This document shows, one piece after another, positions 19,733-29,897 of a DNA stretch of 64,000 nt (the first letter of the stretch is position 1; each line of letters opens with the position of its first letter). The stretch spans positions 160,001-224,000 of the forward strand of contig CAZSOZ010000001.1 in the NCBI GenBank assembly GCA_964608675.1, in the 5' to 3' direction. The position numbers and the translations under genes are program-made. Below the pieces are notes generated by a model. That model made no database searches. It had not been told where the DNA came from and saw only the letters and a program-made list of their open reading frames with translations. The DNA is from an uncultured archaeon. GTDB taxonomy: Archaea; Iainarchaeota; Iainarchaeia; Iainarchaeales; 1-14-0-10-31-34.

Positions 19733-21529
19733 TTAATTTTCTGCTCCAAAAGGCAGAAACCTTTTTCCTCCTCCTTTATAAAATTTACCAAAAAATTCAA
19801 CATAATGAAGCCTTAAAGAATGCAAAAAAGGACCTATTAAACCTAATAAAATGTTTACTGTGTGCCCTAACAGCAAAACCAAAATTGCTGCACCAATCAT
19901 TAAGCCTCCCTGATGAAAGAATTCTGTAGCAAACTCATTAATTATTAAAGCCAACTGGACTGAAGCAAGACCTACTGCAAACAGCCTTGCATAAGACAAA
20001 GTATTGCTTAAAATTGAAGGCAGTTCAACCAAACCCTGAACTCCTTCTCCTTTAAACAAAAAAATTATTCCTGCCAGCAAAAAAAATCCTCCTAAAATAT
20101 TTCCAAAAGAAGTTAAACCTAAAATCATTTCAGAAATAACCAAAAGACCTCCTGTTTCAATAACCAACCAGCTTCCTTTTTCCAAAAAAGCTTCCTTTAA
20201 GCCGTGCTGAATAAAAACATTATAAAAACCTACAAGAAAACCCAAAGTAATATGAATTAAACCAACAATAATTGAAATCAAAAGCATTGTATTTAAATCA
20301 TGTGCTCTGTTAAGCAAAGGATGCTCTACAAATTCAAAGCCAAACGCTTCCCCAAAAACAAACCCAAAAAAAATTGTTGCCAGAGAAGCAACAATCAAAG
20401 AATTAACTAAAAGTTTTCCTTCTCCTTTTAATTTGCTTCTCAAAAAAAGGAATGCAATCAAAGTTGTTATGCCGTACCCTACATCTCCAAGCATGAAACC
20501 AAAAAACAACGGAAAAGTCAAAAAAACAAGAAATGTAGGGTCAATTTCAGAATATTTCGGCAGAGAATAAAGATTCATAAAAAACTCAAACGGCTTGACA
20601 AGAGAAGGATTCTCCAAAGAAGTTGGAGCGCCCTTCCTTTCATTAAAAGTTTCAATAAAAATTTTGTCTTTAGTTAAATGCCTTAACCTGTATTCAATTT
20701 CTTTGGCTTTTATTTCAGGAATCCAGCCGTCAATAAAAAAAGCGTTTTCAGTTACCCCAAACTTTAAAGGAACTTCAAGTTTTTCGTTTTCTTTTTCTAA
20801 ATTAAATTCATAGTCAACCAAAAACTGTCCTTCTTTTTCTTTTAAAGAATTTAATTTATTTTTCATTAAATCAAGCCGGTTTTCAACTGAATTCAATTCA
20901 GACTTAAGTGAATCCAAACCGGCTGAATTTTCAAAATGAAGTTCACTAAAACCTTTTTCAGACAACAAAGACTGAATTTTTTCTTTGAACTTGTTTGAAA
21001 CAAACAAAGCAACAACTTTTTTTCCTTGAAAATCAGAAGAAAACAATTCAAAGTCTTTTGTAATTTTTTGGATTTCCTGTTCAATTAAAGGCTTTTTTAT
21101 TGTTCCCTTAAAAACTGCAACAGAATCATAACCAGAAAAATCAGAAAAAGAAAGATTCAAAGAAGACAAAGGTTCAATTGAAGACTTAATTGAATTCAAA
21201 TAACTTTTTCTTTCATTCAAAGAAGAAATACTTGAACTGATTTCAGAATACTCTGAATTAACTCTGCCGAACCTTGCATCACAAACAGATAAATCCTTTA
21301 TTGTTCTTGGATTTAAATCCAAATTTAACTGGCTTATCATAGACCTTAATTTAATTAATTTCTCTGAAACAGTTTCTGCTTCAGCAAAAGAATTGCCTGT
21401 TTCAAATTCTTTTCCACGATAATCAATTAAATGCATTAATTTCATTGCATGGAGTTCATTAATTAAATTCCTTAATTTATTTTTAGGGCCGGTTATTCTT
21501 ATTTTAGACATTTTTTGTGTTCTAATCAT
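19733..21529 (-). CDS. atpI: A/V-type ATP synthase subunit I
   Basis: PKYSEIDPT, FFGFMLGDVGYG, SYARLFAVGLA, LHSLRLHYVEFFGKFY. Confidence 0.95.
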   Translation of the reverse strand: MIRTQKMSKIRITGPKNKLRNLINELHAMKLMHLIDYRGKEFETGNSFAEAETVSEKLIKLRSMISQLNLDLNPRTIKDLSVCDARFGRVNSEYSEISSSISSLNERKSYLNSIKSSIEPLSSLNLSFSDFSGYDSVAVFKGTIKKPLIEQEIQKITKDFELFSSDFQGKKVVALFVSNKFKEKIQSLLSEKGFSELHFENSAGLDSLKSELNSVENRLDLMKNKLNSLKEKEGQFLVDYEFNLEKENEKLEVPLKFGVTENAFFIDGWIPEIKAKEIEYRLRHLTKDKIFIETFNERKGAPTSLENPSLVKPFEFFMNLYSLPKYSEIDPTFLVFLTFPLFFGFMLGDVGYGITTLIAFLFLRSKLKGEGKLLVNSLIVASLATIFFGFVFGEAFGFEFVEHPLLNRAHDLNTMLLISIIVGLIHITLGFLVGFYNVFIQHGLKEAFLEKGSWLVIETGGLLVISEMILGLTSFGNILGGFFLLAGIIFLFKGEGVQGLVELPSILSNTLSYARLFAVGLASVQLALIINEFATEFFHQGGLMIGAAILVLLLGHTVNILLGLIGPFLHSLRLHYVEFFGKFYKGGGKRFLPFGAEN

Positions 21530-21546
21530 AAAAACACTTTTTTTAT

Positions 21547-21879
21547 TCAGGAAAAAACTTCTTCTGAAAACTTTTTTACAATAAATTTTGCTTCAGGCTT
21601 GACTTTCTTTAAAGCAGAATTTTTTATTGAATCAATTGAAGAAAGATTCTTTTGAATTAATTTTTCTTTTTCTGCGTGAATTTTTTGTTTTGCTTTGCTT
21701 ATTTCTTTTTCTCGAAATTCATTGTCTTCAGTGTCTGCTTTAGAAATTAATTCAATTGACTTGTTTCTTGCATCATCAATTATCTGATGTTTCTTTTTTT
21801 CTGCTTCTTCAAGTTTTTTCTTTGAAGCTTCTTCTATTTCTTTAATTCTAGAGAGTGTTTCCTGCGACAAAAGGCTCAC
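21547..21879 (-). CDS. atpH: A/V-type ATP synthase subunit H/G
   Basis: Charged coiled coil, first gene of the operon. Confidence 0.75.
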   Translation of the reverse strand: MSLLSQETLSRIKEIEEASKKKLEEAEKKKHQIIDDARNKSIELISKADTEDNEFREKEISKAKQKIHAEKEKLIQKNLSSIDSIKNSALKKVKPEAKFIVKKFSEEVFS

Positions 21880-21884
21880 CAAAC

Positions 21885-21901
21885 TTTACGCTATGCGTAA
21901 A
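21885..21901. promoter_or_regulatory. Perfect inverted repeat upstream of the ATP synthase operon (candidate operator)
   Basis: TTTACGC-TAT-GCGTAAA. Confidence 0.35.
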
Positions 21902-22025
21902 TCCTTGTAAAAAAAATAGAATATCAAAAGATTTAAAGGCTTTATTATGATTTTAAGCCAGTTAACTATAAAAAAAAGAAGCACCACTATTTTTAAGAAG
22001 AAATTAATTTTTTTGAGGTGTAGTA

Positions 22026-22217
22026 ATGGCTGTAAAAATAGTTCATGAAATAGAAAAATGCATTGGATGCGGAGCCTGTGCGGCTGTCTGTCCAGACAAC
22101 TGGGAAATGGCAGGAGACAAAAGCAAACCAAAAAAAACCGAATTAGAAGAAATCGGATGCAACAAAGAAGCAGAAGAAGGCTGTCCAGTAAACTGCATTC
22201 ACGTAAAAGAAGAATAA
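22026..22217 (+). CDS. Ferredoxin (single 4Fe-4S cluster)
   Basis: CIGCGACAAVCP and GCPVNCI; GAGGTG SD. Confidence 0.92.
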   Translation: MAVKIVHEIEKCIGCGACAAVCPDNWEMAGDKSKPKKTELEEIGCNKEAEEGCPVNCIHVKEE

Positions 22218-22235
22218 AATTCTTCTTTTCTATTT

Positions 22236-22856
22236 CTATTTTTTATTAAAAAATTCAACTAAAAAGAAAGCAAGCAAAACAAAAACCAAAGAAGAAAGTA
22301 AAGTAAAATAAAACATGAAATTAAGTGAATAACAGGGAAGAACCGGATGAGTCCCAAAAAAATAATCAGAAAAATCGTTTGCCAGAAAAAAAATTAAAAC
22401 AGGAACCAAATAAAAAAAATTAAACCTGATTTTTTTTATTAGCAAAAAGGATTCAAAAAAAAGAAAAATATGAGCAAGCAGTAAAACAGAATACATAAAC
22501 CAAGTCTCAGAAGTAAAATAATAATTGTTATAAAACAATAAAATAAAAACCGTCCAAAAACCATATTTTAAGGATCCAACCAAAGAAAAAAAGAAAAGCA
22601 AAGAAACCTCTTTTTTTATGATAATCAAAAAAAACGAGAAAGCCATTAACAAAGAAAATAAAGGGCAGTCAGGAACAAACAGCCATAAATTAAATGGAGT
22701 CTGCAGAAATTGTTTTCCGTAATAAAAAATAAAGCCGTATAATGCTCCAAAAAAATTTGCAAGAATTAAAAAAATCAAAACTTTATTTGAAGAAAAAATT
22801 TTTCTTAAAAAAACTGAAAGAAAATTTTTTTGCATAAAAAAAAATGAAACAACCAT
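22236..22856 (-). CDS. DUF1405-like integral membrane protein
   Basis: LWLFVPDCP, KYGFW, NDFSDY..GTHP; true start may be 22835. Confidence 0.7.
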   Translation of the reverse strand: MVVSFFFMQKNFLSVFLRKIFSSNKVLIFLILANFFGALYGFIFYYGKQFLQTPFNLWLFVPDCPLFSLLMAFSFFLIIIKKEVSLLFFFSLVGSLKYGFWTVFILLFYNNYYFTSETWFMYSVLLLAHIFLFFESFLLIKKIRFNFFYLVPVLIFFLANDFSDYFFGTHPVLPCYSLNFMFYFTLLSSLVFVLLAFFLVEFFNKK

Positions 22857-22943
22857 TATTAATGATTTTTCAAGCGCCCTTTTTTTTCCTGTTTTATTCA
22901 GGTTTTTTTTAATGTTTTTAAAAGTTTGCGTTTATAATTTGTA

Positions 22944-23217
22944 TGCGGGCTAGGCTGGAGAGACAGCAGTTCTTTGTAACCTGAAATCTGCTTCAGCAGG
23001 AGCCGAAGCTCTGGGGAAGGATTTAATTTAAGAACAAGAATCTTTAACTGATTCAATGAACTTCTGCCCCCTAAGATTGAGCTTTAAAGTCAACCCGTCA
23101 GATTCGGAAGAAAGCAGCGGAAATTTTAGTGTTCAATGCTTTTGGGATCACGGAAGCAAGAACAATTAAAGGCTAATTCTTTTTCTTGAATTGATTCGAC
23201 TCCAGAGTGCGCCCGCA
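22944..23217 (+). ncRNA. ffs: Archaeal SRP (7S) RNA
   Basis: Terminal helix TGCGGGC/GCCCGCA, Alu-domain GGGCTAGGCTGG...TGTAACC, helix 8 CCGTCAGATTCGGAAGAAAGCAGCGG with GGAA tetraloop. Confidence 0.88.
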
Positions 23218-23391
23218 CTTTTGATTTTAATTCTAAAAAAATTCGGAAAACAACTTGTTTTTTGTTTTGGTTATTTTTGTCTTTTTTTTAGAAAAATGAT
23301 TGAAAAACTGAAGGGAAAGGAATTTAAAGGAGAAATGAGAAATCCATACAATTAATGATTATTTTAAACTTAAAAAGGAGGGAAAAAATAA

Positions 23392-23754
23392 ATGAATTTA
23401 GAACAAATAGGAGAACTTGCATTCATTTTAGGTGTAATTATTGCAGTAATAGCAGGAGTTGCAATAGACTACCTAGGAGATGCTGCAGGGTGGATTCCTT
23501 TAATATTAGTAATTTTAGGAATAATCGTTGGATTACTAAACATTAAAGACAAAGAAACCACTCCGTTTTTAATTGCATCAATTGCATTGCTTGCAACAGG
23601 AGCAATAAGCACTTTTAAAGCAATAGATTCCGTGGCAAGCCCATTAGGGTCAATTCTAGCAAACATTTTCGGAAACGTTGCAGTATTTGTTGCACCAGCA
23701 GCAGTAATAGTAGCAATAGTTGCAATCTATAATCTTTCAGTAAAAAACGTTTAA
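23392..23754 (+). CDS. Hypothetical four-TM membrane protein
   Basis: Hydrophobic ORF, GIIVGLLNI...FVAPAA; AGGAGG SD. Confidence 0.8.
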   Translation: MNLEQIGELAFILGVIIAVIAGVAIDYLGDAAGWIPLILVILGIIVGLLNIKDKETTPFLIASIALLATGAISTFKAIDSVASPLGSILANIFGNVAVFVAPAAVIVAIVAIYNLSVKNV

Positions 23755-23776
23755 AAAAGCCGAAAGGCTTTTTTTT
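23753..23776 (+). terminator. Hairpin plus T-tract terminator
   Basis: AAAAAAGCC-GAAA-GGCTTTTTTTT directly at the stop codon. Confidence 0.7.
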
Positions 23777-23851
23777 CTATTTCTTTTTTTTTTCAACAAA
23801 CAAGTATTTAAATGAGAAACTGCTTTTTAATTAAAGAAGAAAGTGATTTAA

Positions 23852-24673
23852 ATGACAGAAAACGTTGAAATTAAAGAAGACTTAGGAATCAAAAAAAAAG
23901 AAGAAATCAAAGAAAAAAAAACACCCGAAATAAAACAAGAAAAAAAAAGAAAAACAGAAAAAGAAAGTTTTTTGGGATTTAAAAGAATTCCTTCAGGAAT
24001 TTTTGGTTTTGACGAATTAATTGAAGGAGGACTAGAAAAAAATTCAACTATTCTTGTAACCGGAAGCGCAGGAACAGGAAAAACTACTTTTGGATTACAG
24101 TTCTTGTATTACGGAGCAAAAGAATTCAATGAACCAGGAATTTTAATTAGCTTTGAAGAAAGCAAAGAAAGTTATTACAAGCATACAAAAGAATACGGAT
24201 GGAATTTTGAAGAACTAGAAAAACAAGGAAAATTCAAAGTATTAGAATACAAGCCTCATCAAGTTGGAAGATTATTGGAACAAGGCGGAGGGCCAATAAA
24301 AGACGCAATACACCAAATGAACGCCAAACGGCTGGTTATTGATTCAATTACTGCTTATGCTTTATTGTTTAAAGACGAATATCAGCAAAGAGAAAATATT
24401 TTGAGGTTTTTTGAATTAATAAAAAAATGGGACTGCACTTCAATTATAATAAGCGAAATGTCTCCAAAAGAAACAGAAACAGCAAAAGGCTCTGTTGGGT
24501 TTCTGGTTGATGCAGTGATTTCATTGTACTACGAAAAAAAAGAAGACAAAGATGTAAGAGTGCATTCACTTGAAATACTGAAAATGAGGGGAACCAAACA
24601 CACAAACAAAGTTTGCGCATTAAATTTTGAAAAGGAAGGAATAAAAATTTATGCAGACATAGAAATATTTTGA
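23852..24673 (+). CDS. KaiC/RAD55-like ATPase (single domain)
   Basis: SGIFGFDELIEGG, GSAGTGKT, RLVIDS, LEILKMRGTKH. Confidence 0.88.
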   Translation: MTENVEIKEDLGIKKKEEIKEKKTPEIKQEKKRKTEKESFLGFKRIPSGIFGFDELIEGGLEKNSTILVTGSAGTGKTTFGLQFLYYGAKEFNEPGILISFEESKESYYKHTKEYGWNFEELEKQGKFKVLEYKPHQVGRLLEQGGGPIKDAIHQMNAKRLVIDSITAYALLFKDEYQQRENILRFFELIKKWDCTSIIISEMSPKETETAKGSVGFLVDAVISLYYEKKEDKDVRVHSLEILKMRGTKHTNKVCALNFEKEGIKIYADIEIF

Positions 24674-24685
24674 GTTGAAAAAAAA

Positions 24686-24907
24686 ATGGAAATCGTAATT
24701 GAGCAGGCATTAAAAGCTGCTTTTTATCTGGCAAGCGGAGCAATACTAATGACTTTTTTTGTTTTAACTTTTGTTGAAGGAATCTTATCTCAAACAACAG
24801 GATATCCTTTGGTTTCAATAGTGTTTTATTTTATTGCAATGACTTCTTTAGGGGCAGCGTTCTGGACTTACATGCAGGCAAAAAAAGTTTTAAGAACCCT
24901 TAATTGA
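24686..24907 (+). CDS. Small two-TM membrane protein
   Basis: Hydrophobic 73-aa ORF directly after the KaiC-like gene. Confidence 0.65.
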   Translation: MEIVIEQALKAAFYLASGAILMTFFVLTFVEGILSQTTGYPLVSIVFYFIAMTSLGAAFWTYMQAKKVLRTLN

Positions 24908-24962
24908 TTTAATTGAAAATAAAAAAACAAACTTTTAAATAGAAGTGTTTTGTAATTAAGTT

Positions 24963-25368
24963 ATGCCTGCAAAAAGACCAAGGAAAACTTCTAAAAAAGA
25001 CAAAGAAAATTTTCTTTTGACCCAAAAAAACACTATAAATTTGATTTAAAAAAACACCTTGAAAGAAGAAGACGCCCGCCTGAATCATTTCTTAATAGAG
25101 CAGGACTTCTGATTGACAAAACAAAATCAATCCCTGAAGTGCATCCAATAGTGGCTCAAAAAGAATTTGGGCTTAATGTAAAGCGTGCCAAGAAAAGAGT
25201 CCCTGCTCTTATAAAAGAAGAAACAGACAAAGGCTTTTTGTGACAGGAAAGATTAAAGAGAGCAGAAAACAAATAACTTTTTTAGACACTAGAAAAGCAA
25301 TTCATAAATAGGGGTCAAAAAAAAGAGTTACAACCAAAAGAAAACTTTCAAAAAAACATCAAAACTAA
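24963..25368 (+). pseudogene. Degraded basic orphan (MPAKRPRK leader)
   Basis: Reconstructed MPAKRPRKTSKKRQRKFSFDPKKHYKFDLKKHLERRRRPPESF...KRKLSKKHQN needs two homopolymer frameshifts and one in-frame TAA. Confidence 0.5.
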
Positions 25369-25442
25369 ATGCTAGAATAAGAAAAGCTTTTGAATAACTC
25401 AAAAAGTATAATAATTCGTTTTGTGTAATAATAAAGGTTTAA

Positions 25443-27632
25443 ATGAACAAAGCACAGGCGTCAGTAGAACTGCTGGTAATACTTGCAATATCAATGATTG
25501 CAATAGGATTAATTCTGGCTTTATCCAATAACGAAATAACCAGCGTGAATTCAATTAAAGCAAATTCTCAAGCACAAAATACTGTAAACAAAATTGCTGG
25601 AACCGCAGAAGAAGTTTATATTTCAGGAACAGGAACAACAAAACAAATTTTTATTTCAATTCCTTCAGGAGTAAACGAAAACAAGACTTTAATTGAAAAC
25701 AAAACAATAAGATTGAATGTAAATGGAACAGATTTAATTGCAGAAACTGGCGTGGAAATAACAGGAAGCATTCCTACAAAAGAAGGAAGCTACTGGATTT
25801 GGATTACAGCAAAAGAAGGATATGTAGTTATTGGAGACATTCAGATTGAAACAGATAAAGGAAGCATTTATTCAGCCTTAGCGCAAAACACTAATTTAAT
25901 AGAAACCATCACTGTAATAAACAACACTAAAGGAAACGCACAAGTTAATGTGAATGTAAACTGGAATGAAACAGAAGTAAATCTTAATACAGAAGAAACT
26001 TTTTTTAGTGTGCCTGCTGACTCAAATTATTCTATTGACTTAAATTTTACTTCCAACAAAAATGCAGTTGGAAATTATACAGGAGAAATAATTTTTAATG
26101 CAGATACAATTGACGGAACAAAACAAATAATTGTTCCAACAACAATTGAAGTAATTACAGGAAATTCAAATCAGCCTTTAATGATTTTTCCTGCAGAGTG
26201 GAATCTGTTAATTGATGCAGGAAGCACTGATTCAAATACATTTCAAGTATGCAATACTTCTTCACAAAAATTAACAAACATTAGCTTTAATGCATCTTCA
26301 GGAGACGCAGGAAACTGGATTCAAAGCATTCCGGAAATAAACAGCCTGTCTGCAAACACCTGCCAAGAAATTATAGTTGAAATAAGTGTTCCTTTGGGAG
26401 CAGAAGACAACACAGGAACAATTACTGCAAGCGACGGAATTAACTCAGATTTTATTGAATTAAATGTAAACGTAAAAGGAATGAAAGACAACTTTAATTT
26501 TTCATGGGATACAGCCTTCTTTTCAGATGACAGCAGGCTGGACAACTGGACAATAGAAAACACAAGTACAACAACAGAAATAATTATTTCAAGAATGAAA
26601 GTAATGGATTGGAGCATAACAGACAACGATAATGTTTTACTGAGAAGAATAAGATTTAATGGTTCAACTTACTGGAATAGATTAACATTAGACGGAGAAT
26701 GGGCAGACATAACAGACTTTACAATTAATTCTTCAACTTCATATTCTTCAAGAAACAGGCTTGTGTTTAACGGAAACGCAAGAAATGACGGAGAATACTA
26801 CAGAATTGAATTCGAGTTTTTGGATGGAACAACATACACTACAGACACTTTTTATTCACAGGACTTGTTTCCGCCGGCAGTTGTATTAGAAGCTCCTGCT
26901 CCAAAATTTGAATCAAATAATTTTACTGTAAGATTTGATTTCAAAACAGAAGACACAGATTCAGGGATTGCATACTGTGAATTAATAATTGACGGGACAA
27001 TTGACCAGACAAACAATTCAATAACAGAAGGAACAACACAAAGTTTTACTAAAACATTTACTGAAAACAAAGAATACGGATGGGATGTAAACTGCGTTGA
27101 CGACTCTGATTCAGCAAACAAAGGAGGAAGCGATGAAAACAGAAGCATTATAATTAATTCAACTCAACCTTCCCCTCCACAAATAATTGCATTCCATGAT
27201 TTTCCTGATTTAAGCTGGAGTTCTGGAACAGGCTGGCTTTATGAATGGTATCACACAGGAGACAGCAGAATAGTTTTCGGCAACTCTTACACAGGAAATT
27301 ATAGTTTAAGATTAAGAAGAGAAACAGGATACATTGACAGAGCAGTAGACTTAAGTGCTTATATTAATCCAAGACTTCAGTTTTGGGCAAAAACAAATGG
27401 ATTTGAACCAGGAGACGAAGCATATGCAATGGTTTCATCAAACGATACAGATTGGACGATACTCAAAACATTCACTTTCAATGAGCCCAACAACACTTAT
27501 GTGTTTTATGATTTTGATTTAAGTTCACTTAATTTAAGCAGTGAATTCTGGATTGCATTCAGTGCAGGAATGAACAACAGAAACGATTACTTTTATGTTG
27601 ATGACATAAACATAATTCAAAGAACTCCGTGA
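25443..27632 (+). CDS. Large class III signal peptide protein (minor pilin/adhesin with Ig-like repeats)
   Basis: MNKAQ/ASVELLVILA class III motif; N/T/S-rich beta-sandwich repeats. Confidence 0.8.
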   Translation: MNKAQASVELLVILAISMIAIGLILALSNNEITSVNSIKANSQAQNTVNKIAGTAEEVYISGTGTTKQIFISIPSGVNENKTLIENKTIRLNVNGTDLIAETGVEITGSIPTKEGSYWIWITAKEGYVVIGDIQIETDKGSIYSALAQNTNLIETITVINNTKGNAQVNVNVNWNETEVNLNTEETFFSVPADSNYSIDLNFTSNKNAVGNYTGEIIFNADTIDGTKQIIVPTTIEVITGNSNQPLMIFPAEWNLLIDAGSTDSNTFQVCNTSSQKLTNISFNASSGDAGNWIQSIPEINSLSANTCQEIIVEISVPLGAEDNTGTITASDGINSDFIELNVNVKGMKDNFNFSWDTAFFSDDSRLDNWTIENTSTTTEIIISRMKVMDWSITDNDNVLLRRIRFNGSTYWNRLTLDGEWADITDFTINSSTSYSSRNRLVFNGNARNDGEYYRIEFEFLDGTTYTTDTFYSQDLFPPAVVLEAPAPKFESNNFTVRFDFKTEDTDSGIAYCELIIDGTIDQTNNSITEGTTQSFTKTFTENKEYGWDVNCVDDSDSANKGGSDENRSIIINSTQPSPPQIIAFHDFPDLSWSSGTGWLYEWYHTGDSRIVFGNSYTGNYSLRLRRETGYIDRAVDLSAYINPRLQFWAKTNGFEPGDEAYAMVSSNDTDWTILKTFTFNEPNNTYVFYDFDLSSLNLSSEFWIAFSAGMNNRNDYFYVDDINIIQRTP

Positions 27633-27636
27633 TTAA

Positions 27637-28101
27637 ATGAAAAAAAAAACAAAAAATAATAAAGGCAGTGCTATTGAACGAAACGAAAATAGCACGCTCT
27701 ACACGCGCGAGCAGACGCGCGGGCAGATCACAGCAGAATTTGTAATAACATTAATTATTTTGTTTTCTTTGTTTTCGGTTGTAGTTTTTATTTCAATTGA
27801 ACAAAAAGAAAACTTTAATTTAACTGAAAAAAAAATTAAAGCAAAAACTTTAATGGAAAAAACTGCAAGGGCTGTAAACGGAATTCATCTTGCAGGAAAC
27901 GGAAGCATTACAAAAATAAAAAAAGAATTTGATTTTGAATTAAAATTTGAAGAAAACACTTTAATGGCGTATTTTGGCAAAGGACAATTTGTTTCAACAT
28001 CTTTGACAACAAAAAATATAAGACATAGTTTGAAGACAGCAAACCCAAACACAATTGAAATCAAAAACAATAACGGAGTGATTGAAATTGAAGAACAATA
28101 A
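27637..28101 (+). CDS. Minor pilin-like protein
   Basis: RG/QITAEFVITLIIL class III motif; extended leader. Confidence 0.75.
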   Translation: MKKKTKNNKGSAIERNENSTLYTREQTRGQITAEFVITLIILFSLFSVVVFISIEQKENFNLTEKKIKAKTLMEKTARAVNGIHLAGNGSITKIKKEFDFELKFEENTLMAYFGKGQFVSTSLTTKNIRHSLKTANPNTIEIKNNNGVIEIEEQ

Positions 28102-28579
28102 AGGCCAAATTTTTACTACAGACTTAATTACTGCTTTAACAGTGTTTCTTTTTATTTTAATGATTTCAACTGCTTCAACAGGCTTAACTGAAAATTCTTT
28201 GAATCAAGAAGAAAAATATTTTGAAATGCAGGAAAAAGCATTAAATGCATCCTCTGTTCTGATTTTAACCAAAGGAGAACCAGAAAACTGGACTTCACTG
28301 GAAACAAGCCAAATTAATTCAATCGGTCTGGCAGAAGAAAGAAACACAATAAATAAAAATAAAATAAATGATTTAATTGAAAACAGAAACTATAATGAAA
28401 TAAAAGAAATTTTAGGACTGCAAAAATATGATTTTTATTTTAAGATAACAGAATTAAACGGGCAGACAATAAAAGAATTTGGAACAGCTCCTGAAAACGA
28501 AAAAAAAACCATAGTAATTGAAAGATATATTTTGTTTGAAAAAACAGAAAGAAAATTTTTGCTGGAAGTATTTGAATGA
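28082..28579 (+). CDS. Minor pilin-like protein
   Basis: KG/QIFTTDLITAL class III motif; GEPENW, IGLA. Confidence 0.75.
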   Translation: MKLKNNKGQIFTTDLITALTVFLFILMISTASTGLTENSLNQEEKYFEMQEKALNASSVLILTKGEPENWTSLETSQINSIGLAEERNTINKNKINDLIENRNYNEIKEILGLQKYDFYFKITELNGQTIKEFGTAPENEKKTIVIERYILFEKTERKFLLEVFE

Positions 28580-28992
28580 AAGGATTTGTTATTTCAATGG
28601 ATGCAGTAATTGGATTAATTATTTCATTCAGCCTGCTGATTGCAGTAAACGGTTTTTTTGCTGAAAGCACATTTAATTCATTTAATGGAGCAAAATTAAA
28701 CGCAGTATCAGAAGACATTTTAAGTGTATTAGAAAAAAGCGGGAAACTGGAAAACGCAGTAAAAGAAAACAAAAACAACGAAATAGCAAAATACCTAAAT
28801 AAAACTTCAAAAAATTTGTGCTTTGAAATAAATATATACAAATATGAGTCAATGGAATTAATTAGTTCAGCAACAAAAAAAGCATGCAAAAAAAAAGAAG
28901 CAGAATTAATTATTTCAACAAAAAGAAGTTTTATAGAAAAACAAGAAATTTACTGGGCAGAAATGAAAAGCTGGCACGCGGTGAAAAAATGA
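28576..28992 (+). CDS. Minor pilin-like protein
   Basis: MKG/FVISMDAVIGL class III-like motif; ATGA overlap. Confidence 0.72.
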   Translation: MKGFVISMDAVIGLIISFSLLIAVNGFFAESTFNSFNGAKLNAVSEDILSVLEKSGKLENAVKENKNNEIAKYLNKTSKNLCFEINIYKYESMELISSATKKACKKKEAELIISTKRSFIEKQEIYWAEMKSWHAVKK

Positions 28993-29858
28993 AAACAAAA
29001 GGATACATAATAAGTTTAAGCGCAATAATACTGCTTTCATCCCTGCTGTTATTTGCAATGTTTTACTCAGAAAACTCAAAACAAAGAAATATTGAAGTGA
29101 ACGAAATCATAAAATACTCAAAACTGGACTTCATTAAAGATGATTTAAGTTTTGATTTAAACAGGCTGCTGCAAACAGAAATTCAAATTAACAGAAAAGA
29201 AAACCTTGAACTTGTTTTCAGAGAAAAAATCCCTTCAGAATACAGCAAAAAAACTGCAATTCAAAACCTGAAAAACTTTATTGAAACAAAATACTCAGAA
29301 TTAAATAACGCAGAAATAAAATTAAATAATTCAAGAATAAACAACAGTGTTTTGATAAAATTCAGCAACAAATTAATTTATGAATATAATTTCAACGAAA
29401 ACTCAATTGAATTTTATGCAGAAAACACAGATACAAATCTTGTTTCAGCAGACTTAAATTTAACTGTTCACGGAACTTCAACTGAAGTGATTCTTCCTAT
29501 TCAAAGCACTGAACATAATTTAATTATAAATTTCAATTACGTGGATGAAAACACATTAAATGAAACCCACAAAAACCTAAAACTGGATTCAAGAATTAAC
29601 AACATAATCAGAATACGGTTTTCAAATGAATTAAATGATGAAATTGAAATTAATTTAGGAAGAATTCAAGGAAAAATTAATGCAGTTAAAGTCTGGAACA
29701 AAACTTTAATGGAATACCCTGTATTGCTTGAATTAAAAACTGAAACAACCGGACTGAATGTGGAAAATAAATTAAATATTTTTGCAGACCTTGATTTAAA
29801 TTACAGTCAGACAGACTTTAATTCAAATTCATTAATTGAACTGAATCAATTTAGTTAG
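28989..29858 (+). CDS. Pilin-like/secreted protein of the pilus operon
   Basis: MKTKG/YIISLSAIILL; ATGA overlap with the upstream gene. Confidence 0.7.
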   Translation: MKTKGYIISLSAIILLSSLLLFAMFYSENSKQRNIEVNEIIKYSKLDFIKDDLSFDLNRLLQTEIQINRKENLELVFREKIPSEYSKKTAIQNLKNFIETKYSELNNAEIKLNNSRINNSVLIKFSNKLIYEYNFNENSIEFYAENTDTNLVSADLNLTVHGTSTEVILPIQSTEHNLIINFNYVDENTLNETHKNLKLDSRINNIIRIRFSNELNDEIEINLGRIQGKINAVKVWNKTLMEYPVLLELKTETTGLNVENKLNIFADLDLNYSQTDFNSNSLIELNQFS

Positions 29859-29897
29859 GTTTATTAATAAAAAAACAGTATTATTGGTGAAAACTAA

